In this document: piece after piece, positions 9,078 through 16,849 of the stretch
How the letters are laid out: every line of letters starts with the position of its first letter
How positions within the stretch are numbered: position 1 is the first letter of the stretch
Origin: an uncultured Chloroflexia bacterium
Lineage (GTDB): Bacteria > Chloroflexota > Ktedonobacteria > Ktedonobacterales > JADMIN01
NCBI GenBank assembly: GCA_963785845.1
Contig: CAWAWP010000003.1
Span: 605,324-669,323 of the forward strand
Direction of reading: 5' to 3'
Length of the DNA stretch: 64,000 nt
Made by a program: the position numbers and the translations under genes
The notes under the pieces: generated by a model
The model's database searches: none
The model's input: only the letters and a program-made list of their open reading frames with translations
What the model was told of the DNA's origin: nothing

Positions 9078-9769
9078 CGAGGGGAAGGAGCGGGGAGGAG
9101 CGGCCAAGGTGCGGGGATTGGGGTGCATGGGAATTCTCCGAGAGCAGTAGGTGCGCGAGGTGGAGAAAGGTGGGTAAGGGAGCGGGAATACGGATCGAAG
9201 TCGATGGGGTTTCTAGGGGGTGAGGTGCGAGAGCGTTGAGGGGGACGGTGGAGGAGCAGGCTGAACTACAAGCAGATTGGTGGGGAGGGGTGCGAGAACA
9301 TGTGTTCTAGTAGAGAGGATACCACGCGACGGCGGGGAACGCAAGCGGTGGCATGGGGCGCCTCCAGCGCGCGGCGCAGGCGGCAGAGGAGAATGGGTGG
9401 GGCAGCGAATGCGAAGGGCCGATTGAGGATGGTTGTTTGCAGGCTGCCCTATGAGGGCAAACGGGTAGGCGGCGGTGCTGGGTGCCAGGGGAGCGTGTGC
9501 GAGCGACGCGTGGGCGGGGTGCCGTGACGCCCTCCACGAGGCGGGGCGAATCTCTGCCGCAGCGCGACCGGATATTGCCGACACCAAGACTCAGCGATTT
9601 GACTCTGATCGTAAAATGATGGTAAGCCCACTGCTTGGACGTGGCCGTTGTCGTGTATGCTGCCCTGGTAGCTGGTGTAGTTTTTGTGCTCGTGTCTCGC
9701 GCCGCGGACGGTGGCCTGACGCGGGCCTTTCGCGGGGGGAATGCGGATGCCCGCGGGAGCGCAGCGCCC

Positions 9770-10936
9770 ATGTCAGACTTCTCTCCGTTTCCCCTGCCAG
9801 CCGATGATGAGGTTCGCGCGGATGATGGCGCGGTGCGCTGGCTCCCCGAAGAATCTGGGCTGGTGCGACGCTCGGTGATCGTGAATGGCTTTCGCCTCAG
9901 CTACGTCACCGGGGGCTGTGGCGATCCCGTGTTGCTGATTCACGGCATCGGATCGGATGCGTCGGTCTGGCGGGCGACACTGCCGGCACTGGCGGAGCGT
10001 TTCACCGTATACGCGGTCGATCTGCTGGGCTGCGGCGAGTCTGACAAGCCACGGGTGGCCTATACGGTCGGGCTGATGGCGCGGATATTGGGGGCGTTCA
10101 CCGAGGCGTTGGGGCTTGAGCGGCTGCATGTGGTGGGGCACTCGCTAGGCGGTGGCATCGCGCTGCAGTTCCACGCGTTCTACCCGGAGCGCGTGACGCG
10201 GTTGGCGCTGGTTTCAAGCGGTGGGTTGGGCCGCGAACTGCATTGGATTCTGCGCATCAACGCGCTGCCGGGAGCGAACGGCGTCTTGCGGATAATCAGC
10301 GATCCGCGGTCGCGCATGCCATCGTTCAGCAAGGTGATGGAGCGGCGCAGCATGCGGACGCTGCAAGCGGTCTACGATGCTGAGATGCCGACGGTGCTGC
10401 ATCGCCTGCGCGACCGCGACGCGCGCGCGGCGTTCGTGACGATGGCCCGCGCGGTGAGCGATCTCCACGGGCAGGTCTCCAGCGCGCTGCCACACCTGCC
10501 GAGCATCGAGGTGCCGACGCTGTTGATCTGGGGCGGGCGCGACGGCATCTTACCGGTGACGCATGGACTTGCCGCGGTTCGCCTGCTGAAGCGCGGACAC
10601 CTCCACGTGCTGCCGACGAGCAGGCATCGCCCCCAGGTGGAGCAGCCGGCGGCGTTTAACGCGATGTTGTTGACGTTCTTGCGGGCGGAAGAGTGGCCGC
10701 CGGAGGAGCAGCTCTCGCTGGCAAGCGAGGATGCGTGGCGCGATCCGCGACTGCGCGATCCGCGACTGCGCGATCCACGGCTGCGCGGTGGGCATCGCAC
10801 GCGGCAGGTGGCGCTGGCGCTGGCGGCGATGAGCCTGGCGGCGGGCGCGGGCTGGCGCTATGCGCCGAAATCTTGGAGGCCGTGGATGCGGCATCCGCTG
10901 CGGCGCTCACGCGGCTACGGGCGCGTCGCCGCCTGA
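9770..10936 (+). CDS. Alpha/beta-fold hydrolase with C-terminal repeat and TM-like tail
   Basis: It has LLIHGIGSDASVW, the nucleophile elbow VVGHSLGGGIAL, and LLIWGGRDGILP...H in the C-terminal part. The start is uncertain: ATG 9770, or TTG 9635, which would add a TM-like N-terminus. Confidence 0.85.
   Translation: MSDFSPFPLPADDEVRADDGAVRWLPEESGLVRRSVIVNGFRLSYVTGGCGDPVLLIHGIGSDASVWRATLPALAERFTVYAVDLLGCGESDKPRVAYTVGLMARILGAFTEALGLERLHVVGHSLGGGIALQFHAFYPERVTRLALVSSGGLGRELHWILRINALPGANGVLRIISDPRSRMPSFSKVMERRSMRTLQAVYDAEMPTVLHRLRDRDARAAFVTMARAVSDLHGQVSSALPHLPSIEVPTLLIWGGRDGILPVTHGLAAVRLLKRGHLHVLPTSRHRPQVEQPAAFNAMLLTFLRAEEWPPEEQLSLASEDAWRDPRLRDPRLRDPRLRGGHRTRQVALALAAMSLAAGAGWRYAPKSWRPWMRHPLRRSRGYGRVAA
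10741..10785 (+). repeat. In-frame 15-bp tandem repeat x3 (cgatccgcgactgcg) encoding (R)DPRLR x3
   Basis: Copies at 10741-10755 and 10756-10770 are identical; the copy at 10771-10785 has 3 substitutions. The repeat lies in the non-catalytic tail of the hydrolase ORF. Confidence 0.9.
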
Positions 10937-10967
10937 AATGTCGCGGGGGCGGCGCAGGTGAGCGACG

Positions 10968-12659
10968 CTAGCGCTCGGGAGTGGTGAGGACGCCGGACGG
11001 TGAGGGCTGGCCGAGGCGGTGCAGTTCCTGCGCGCGGCGGTAGAGCGCGACGTATTGCTCGGCGGAGGCGTCCCAAGAGTAATCGGCGAGCATGGCGCGC
11101 TGCATGAGATGCCGCCAGACCTCGGGGAAGCGATAGACTTCGATGGCGCGGACGACGGCGGCGAAGAGTTGGAAGGGATCGTAGCGGCTGAAGGAGAAGC
11201 CGTTGCCTCCGCCGCGGTCGCCGGTCTCGTCGCCGATGTCGCTAGCGCTGGGTGCGCTTGCGGCGGTGGGATCGAAGTCGCGGACGGTGTCTGCCAGGCC
11301 GCCGGTGCGGTGGACGATGGGGATGCTGCCGTAGCGCATGGCGAGCATCTGGGTGAGGCCGCAGGGCTCGAAGCGCGAGGGCATCAGCAGCATGTCGGAG
11401 CCGGCGAAGATGTGGCGGCTGACCTCGGCGCCGAAGGTAAGGTTGACGGAGACCTGCTTGGGATAGCGGGCGGCGAGGCGTTGGAACATCGAGTGGTAGT
11501 GCTGGTCGCCGGTGCCGGCGACGACGAGCTGGATGCCATGTTCGACGAGCGGCACGGCAACCTGGTCGAGGAGATCGAAGCCTTTCTGGTCGCTGAGGCG
11601 CGAGATGATGCCGATCAATGGGACGTTGGGCTCTTGCGGTAGGCTCATGCGCGCCTGGAGGTCGCGCTTGTTGGGCGGGCGGCGCTCTAGCGAGAAGGCG
11701 TCGAAGGTGGAGAGGATGGTGTCGTCGGTCGCCGGATCGTACTCGCGGGTGTCGATGCCGTTGAGGATGCCGTAGAGACGGTCTTTGCGCTCGCGGAGCA
11801 GGGGATCGAGGCGCTCACCGAAGTCGGGGGTGAGTATCTCGCGGGCGTAGCGCGGGCTGACGGTGCTGACGACGTCGGAGAAGCCGATGCCGCGGGCCAT
11901 GAGGTCTACGACGTTGGCGAGCTCGGGGATCTCGGCGGTGAAGAAGCCTTCTTCGGCGACGCCGGCTACTTCGAGGATGCGATAGCCGAAGATGCCCTGG
12001 AAAGCTAGATTGTGGATGGTGAAGACGGTGGCGGCACGCCCGAGGATGGGATCGTCTCGGTAGACTGTCTGCATCCAGTTGGGGACGATGCCGGTATGCC
12101 AATCGTGCAGGTGGATGATGTCGGGCGCCCAGGTGATGGTGCGGAGGAACTCGAGCGCGGCGCGGCAGAAGAGGATGAAGCGCTCGCCATCGTCGGGGTA
12201 GCCGTAGAGTTTTTCGCGCTGAAAGAAATGCGGTGCGTGGACGAAGGAGACGCGCACACCGGCTTGCGGCGGCGCTTCGAGCACGTCGACGTTGGTCGCG
12301 GCCTGATCGAGCGGCACGGCAAGCTGCGAGAGCGCCGTGTGCAATCCCCAGCGCTCTGGCTCGATGGCTTTATAGAGCGGGAGGATCACGCGGACGTCGT
12401 GGCCGAGGCGAGCGAGCGCCCATGGCAGGGCGCCGATGACGTCGGCGAGGCCGCCGGTCTTGACATAGGGCACGCCTTCGGAGGCGATGAAGAGCACGCG
12501 CAGCGGCTCGCCACGCAGCGCGGCGGGGACGTCGAGCGGGGCGGCTGAGGGGGCGAGGCTGGCATCGAGCATGGTGTCGACCGGCGGCGGGGGCGAGACC
12601 AGCCCTGGGGCCTCGTAGGGCGGCAGACTCGGATCGATGGAGAGTGGTGGCATGTTCAT
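10968..12659 (-). CDS. glgA: Glycogen (starch) synthase, ADP-glucose type, with ~50-aa Pro-rich N-terminal extension
   Basis: LRVLFIASEGVPYVKTGGLADVIGALPWALARLGHDVRVILPLY (KTGGL motif), IIHLHDWHTG and a C-terminal GT-B region (PSRFEPCGLTQMLAMRYGSIPIVHRTGGLADTV). Confidence 0.9.
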   Translation of the reverse strand: MNMPPLSIDPSLPPYEAPGLVSPPPPVDTMLDASLAPSAAPLDVPAALRGEPLRVLFIASEGVPYVKTGGLADVIGALPWALARLGHDVRVILPLYKAIEPERWGLHTALSQLAVPLDQAATNVDVLEAPPQAGVRVSFVHAPHFFQREKLYGYPDDGERFILFCRAALEFLRTITWAPDIIHLHDWHTGIVPNWMQTVYRDDPILGRAATVFTIHNLAFQGIFGYRILEVAGVAEEGFFTAEIPELANVVDLMARGIGFSDVVSTVSPRYAREILTPDFGERLDPLLRERKDRLYGILNGIDTREYDPATDDTILSTFDAFSLERRPPNKRDLQARMSLPQEPNVPLIGIISRLSDQKGFDLLDQVAVPLVEHGIQLVVAGTGDQHYHSMFQRLAARYPKQVSVNLTFGAEVSRHIFAGSDMLLMPSRFEPCGLTQMLAMRYGSIPIVHRTGGLADTVRDFDPTAASAPSASDIGDETGDRGGGNGFSFSRYDPFQLFAAVVRAIEVYRFPEVWRHLMQRAMLADYSWDASAEQYVALYRRAQELHRLGQPSPSGVLTTPER

Positions 12660-12757
12660 CGTGCACGTACCCTCGTATGGGGAGCGACCGTGTCGCGTGC
12701 GGCTGTGTGGGCGCGCGTGGCGCGGACGTCCCTGTGAGCGCTCAACGTGGCGTAGGG

Positions 12758-12766
12758 CAGTATAGC
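12758..12766 (-). promoter_or_regulatory. Possible extended -10 element (TGCTATACT on minus strand) upstream of glgA
   Basis: The reverse complement of agtatagca reads tgctatact, about 100 nt upstream of the glgA start at 12659. No clear -35 element. Confidence 0.3.
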
Positions 12767-13049
12767 AGCAGGCGTGGGCGATCTGCCAGAGGCGACAGGC
12801 GCGTTCGGGGCCGTTTACGGGGCCGCCCAGGTGGCGGAGGTCGTGGTGGCGTCAGGCTGGTTCGGCCGCGGAGCGCCCAGGAGCATCGATGGCCGGACTG
12901 GGCGCCACTCGCTTTCGCGGCGCACCAGCGGAAGAGGCCAATGTATCGACCGGCGAGGCTGCCGATCGGCAGCGCGATCTGACACCCCCACCACGCGGAC
13001 CGCATCGGCGTAGCGCCGTCGTTCCGGCACAGCGAGGTTGATTAGCGTC

Positions 13050-13430
13050 TCAGTGCGTATACGGCGGCGTGGCGTGTGTCGCGGGATTGGTGGAGGAGGT
13101 ATCGCGTCTGGCGCTATAGGCGAGGACGGCGGCGATGAGCAGCAGCGGACTGGCGACTACGAGAGCCCACCAACCGACGATGGCAAAGAAGCCGATGCCG
13201 GCGATCGCCATGAGCACGGCACCAACGACGGGAAGGATCGGCGTCAAGACGGCGCCGATCAGTCCGGCGAGCACGAGCAGCAAGCCGACGAAGCCGTTGG
13301 ACGTAGCGTCGCCGTTGAAGACGATGTTGTTGATGTGCCGGCCAGTAGAGTAGATGATATTGATGATCAGCGCGCTGATCGCGCCGACCACTCCGAGGGT
13401 GAGCGCAATTATGCGTATGGAGAAGTGCAT
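13050..13430 (-). CDS. Small integral membrane protein (hypothetical, ~4 TM)
   Basis: MHFSIRIIALTLGVVGAISALIINIIY...GFVGLLLVLAGLIGAVLTPILPVVGAVLMAIAGIGFFAIVGWWALVVASPLLLIAAVLAY. A GAGAGGAA RBS precedes ATG 13430. Confidence 0.65.
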   Translation of the reverse strand: MHFSIRIIALTLGVVGAISALIINIIYSTGRHINNIVFNGDATSNGFVGLLLVLAGLIGAVLTPILPVVGAVLMAIAGIGFFAIVGWWALVVASPLLLIAAVLAYSARRDTSSTNPATHATPPYTH

Positions 13431-13710
13431 GTGATTCCTCTCGTGCAGGCTCTGTGCTGGTGATACCATTCACCAGGCTTTTGCGCGTCTGTAGGTGTGG
13501 TAGTTGTGCCGCACTCCGATGGTGGATGCCGCAGAGGGCGACCCGCAGGATCTATACCTATGGGATCGCCCAAGGCGTGCGAGGGTTCTCGGTAGAGGAA
13601 TGGTGGTGTGTCAACAATCGTTTGACGCCCCGCGGAGATCACCCGATCCCCTTCGCTCTCATGAGGCGCTGCGAGTCTGGCACGGATGCCTATGGATCGG
13701 TGACGTGCTG

Positions 13711-14775
13711 TCAGCCCGTACGCAGTGGTTGCTGCAGCACAGGCGGCTCTTGCATCGGACGTGTGGACTCACTGCGCGCCGGATGTCCACGGTCGAGGAG
13801 GAAAGCGTTGAGTTCGGCGCCCAGCAAGAGGACGAGGCCGAAGTAGTAGAAGAAGATCACCACGACCAGGGTGAAGCCAGCCGTGACCGTGTCATTTTGC
13901 CCGTCAAGGTAGCGTGCCGCATAGATGGGGAGAGTGAGCTGATAGATCTCGAGCAGTGTCCCGGCGACCACCGCCCCTTTCCACACCAGCCTAAGCGGCA
14001 CGTGCCGGTTGGGTACGACGACGTAGACCAGGGCGAAAAACACCGAGGCTACCAGCAAGCCCGTCAGCATGCTGAGGACGGCGACGCCGAACGCCAGGAC
14101 CCCAGAGTCGCCTAAGAGCGCCTGGGCGACGCTCTGCTTGGAGACGAACCCTGGAATGGTCGAGATGACGACCAGCACTGGCACCGCGACGATGAAGAAC
14201 AGCAACATCTTCAGCGCCATGAGTTGCTCGGGCATTAGGCTGCGGGGAGGAAGGCGGAAGATAATGCCGAAACAGTAATCGATGTTCTTGAACAGGCGGC
14301 TGCCAAAGTAGGCGCTCGTCAAGACGCTGACGACGGCGAACGCGCCAGAATGCCTGCGCAGTTGAGCGAGTGCCAGGGGGAGGAACTCCTGCGTGCCGGG
14401 AATGCGCTCCACCAGCGTGGAGACGAGGTTGTGTCGTGTCTGGGGGTCAAGCAAGCCCAGTACGATCCCGAAAATGCTCGCCAGCATAACGAGGACTGGG
14501 ACCACTGACAGCAAGAGATAATACGCCAGCATGGCGGCAAGCTTGAAGACTTGGTCCTGCTTGAGCCTGCGTTGAAATGTGAGGAGGGCTCCGATGTGTG
14601 GGTTGCCTCGCGAGGCAGCTACACGACCCAGCACGAGCTGTTTCGGCGACGCCTTGGATGGACTACGCTGCGGCAGAGGAGTTGGTCTAGAAGCATCTGT
14701 CGGGGGCGGCAAGTGGTTCGGCTGGGATGAGGACATCGGCATGCTCTCGCCTATTGCTTGGCTGGCGGTGCTCAC
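13711..14775 (-). CDS. YihY/BrkB (ribonuclease BN-like) family membrane protein
   Basis: It has the family-typical core FKLAAMLAYYLLLSVVPVLVMLASIFG...AFAVVSVLTSAYFGSRLF...VVIFFYYFGLVLLLGAELNAF and about 6 TM helices. The start is uncertain (GTG 14775 or ATG 14742). Confidence 0.8.
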   Translation of the reverse strand: MSTASQAIGESMPMSSSQPNHLPPPTDASRPTPLPQRSPSKASPKQLVLGRVAASRGNPHIGALLTFQRRLKQDQVFKLAAMLAYYLLLSVVPVLVMLASIFGIVLGLLDPQTRHNLVSTLVERIPGTQEFLPLALAQLRRHSGAFAVVSVLTSAYFGSRLFKNIDYCFGIIFRLPPRSLMPEQLMALKMLLFFIVAVPVLVVISTIPGFVSKQSVAQALLGDSGVLAFGVAVLSMLTGLLVASVFFALVYVVVPNRHVPLRLVWKGAVVAGTLLEIYQLTLPIYAARYLDGQNDTVTAGFTLVVVIFFYYFGLVLLLGAELNAFLLDRGHPARSESTRPMQEPPVLQQPLRTG

Positions 14776-15011
14776 TGTGGGCGACTACGCCCGCGCGACG
14801 ACCGACGACCGATGACCGACGACGTGAGACCCAATCCGCCACGATGGGCGGGAATGGGGGCATCGAACGCCCGCCTTCGCACGGGCTTGAGAGCGTGGCG
14901 GAAACCTTACGCTTCCAAGGCGCGCAGGATACTGCGTGGACGAACTCCCAGACGGACTCAGATGCAAGCGGGCTGCATTCGGCGCGCTCGCGCCCCTGAG
15001 GGTGTGGGCGC

Positions 15012-15623
15012 TCAGGCGTTGGCTGCGTCCGCAACTCCTGTCTCGATGGGACGAGTGTCTGGCTGGACCGCGATCTCCGCGTCGGCGATCTCGCGCAGGG
15101 TGGTGTTCTCGCGGAGCAGCGGCAACGGGTTGAAGAGCAACGCCTCCAAGACATCCCACAGGGTCACCCAGGCGAAGAGCGTGATGACAGCCGCTACGAT
15201 GACCTGGATGACGGGCGCCACGTCAGCAAAGGCGATGTCGAAGAGGAAGTATGCGATAAGGATGACGGCCGCGACGATGGCAACCGCGATGCCGAGGCCG
15301 CGCGAGGTGCGTACACGGATCAGGTGGACCTTCAGCAGATTGTCGGCAATCTTCGTTCGGCAATAGCGGCGTATGGCGCCGCCGAGTCGAGTCTCGACCT
15401 CAGGCGTGATTTGGTCGGGCGGCAACAGCACGAGCAGGCGCGTGCGCTGCCGGTCGTGTCGATGTGCTTGCAGTTGACGGATGAGGTAGTCGAGCCCTGG
15501 CTCACCAAGCAATTCGATCTCCCGCTCCGAGAAGGGGTTGATCGGCGGAGCATTGAAGAGTTGGTCGGTCGAGGCCAGGGGGATCACCACAGTATTCGTC
15601 ATAACGTCTTTGCCCATCGTCAT
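15012..15623 (-). CDS. Hypothetical membrane protein (cytosolic N-domain plus 2 TM)
   Basis: An AGAGGA RBS lies 8 nt upstream of ATG 15623. The composition is plausible and there are two hydrophobic helices (GLGIAVAIVAAVILIAYFLF, VIQVIVAAVITLFAWVTLW). No family was recognised. Confidence 0.6.
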   Translation of the reverse strand: MTMGKDVMTNTVVIPLASTDQLFNAPPINPFSEREIELLGEPGLDYLIRQLQAHRHDRQRTRLLVLLPPDQITPEVETRLGGAIRRYCRTKIADNLLKVHLIRVRTSRGLGIAVAIVAAVILIAYFLFDIAFADVAPVIQVIVAAVITLFAWVTLWDVLEALLFNPLPLLRENTTLREIADAEIAVQPDTRPIETGVADAANA

Positions 15624-15871
15624 GCCGGAAATCCTCTTGACGCGGACGCTTTCAGCGCGATCCTGCTCTCTGCACCATTGCTTGCTCCGCCATTGCTTGC
15701 TCCCTCATTGCATCTGCGCGCTACGAGCAGGGGTGAACGATCAACGGCAGACCCGCTCTCAGCGACACCGGCATCACCACGCGGAGCCGGCACCCGAGCG
15801 CTCTCGCGTTCGCTCAGGTGTTGCGGCACTGTGGTGATGCTGGGTGATGCTGGTCGTGTGGCGCTGAGGGG

Positions 15872-16302
15872 CTACTGGCCAAGAATCCGTGCCTTCTGCT
15901 GCGCCACTTCCTCGGGCGTGAGTAGGCCTTGCTTCTGCAATTCAGCCAGCTTCTGCAGTTGGTCGATGGTGGCGTCGGTGATGGCGCCAGGGGTCTGTGA
16001 GGCGTTTGCCTGCGCCGCGGCTGCCTGCTGCGCCGCGAACTCCTGTTGCTGCTGTGCCAGCGCCTGCTGTTGTGCCTGAAGCTGCGCCGTTGTTGTGCCT
16101 GGTACTGCGCCTGTTGAGTTCCGGCGTCGTATGCCGCCTGCTGTTGCTGATCCGCCGCGGCCTGTTGCTGCGCGGCCTTCTGATTCATCGAACCGCTGAC
16201 GCCCTTGGAGACGGCGGTGGCAGTTCCCGCGACCACGGCCGTCGTCGCTACCGCGCCAATGAGACCTGGTCCACGACGCCCAACTCTTACGCCTCGTCGC
16301 AT
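15872..16302 (-). pseudogene. SHOCT-domain membrane protein, reading frame broken once (around nt 16078-16100)
   Basis: The N-terminus lies in the frame of 16302 (MRRGVRVGRRGPGLIGAVATTAVVAGTATAV...QQQAAYDAGTQQAQYQAQQ) and then turns to nonsense. The frame of 16312 becomes sensible there (AQLQAQQQALAQQQQEFAAQQAAAAQ...) and ends with the SHOCT motif IDQLQKLAELQKQGLLTPEEVAQQKARILGQ. An AAAGGATGG RBS precedes 16302. Confidence 0.65.
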
Positions 16303-16371
16303 CGTATGCCATCCTTTCGTGCAGTGTTGCCTCTCACTCGACGTCGCGCTCTCGACGCCATGCGCTCGGGT

Positions 16372-16809
16372 TCAATTCGACATCGTCATTGGTTGCGATG
16401 CGTCAATGGCCGATTGGATCACCCCGTAGGGAATGCGCTCCTGCGCGATCACGCGTCCGTTCGCATTGCGCACCGCGTCGGCGAAGCGAGTGGCCCAGAC
16501 GTTTTCCCAGACCAAGAAGCCCGCAGTAGTATTCGGGGCGAGATCCTGCGCCACCCGTTGCACGTCCTCCGCATTGATGAGATCGTCCACTTCACCCTCG
16601 AGATCGGCGAAGACCTTGGACTCGGGCCCACCAAGTTGATCTGTCTCGAACCAGTGAATATCGCCGTTCGCCTCTTTCTTGATGACGACCAGATCGATAA
16701 TGCGCACGGTGCCGCTTGCGACCAAATCCTTTAGCGCAGGTAGGATCTCGCCGCGGAATTGACTGCCAGGAAACTCGATGACCACGTACTCGACAGGACC
16801 CATGGGCAT
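16372..16809 (-). CDS. DUF6325-like cytosolic protein (commonly paired with SHOCT proteins)
   Basis: GGAGG RBS. MPMGPVEYVVIEFPGSQFRGEILPALKDLVASGTVRIIDLVVIKKEANGDI matches my recollection of the DUF6325 N-terminus. Not searched. Confidence 0.7.
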   Translation of the reverse strand: MPMGPVEYVVIEFPGSQFRGEILPALKDLVASGTVRIIDLVVIKKEANGDIHWFETDQLGGPESKVFADLEGEVDDLINAEDVQRVAQDLAPNTTAGFLVWENVWATRFADAVRNANGRVIAQERIPYGVIQSAIDASQPMTMSN

Positions 16810-16849
16810 ACCGCACCTCCTTGGTTTGCGCGTCGAACTGGACTCGACG

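Noticed and set aside
8450-9239. ORFs reading through the repeat field (RFCRFCRFC, ILPILPILP, NRQNRQNRQ, DSADSADSA peptides).
   Set aside because: They exist only because the 9-bp unit is a multiple of 3 and lacks stops. Several mutually overlapping frames on both strands are open, none has an RBS, and the flanks are non-protein-like. I treat the region as non-coding repeat DNA.
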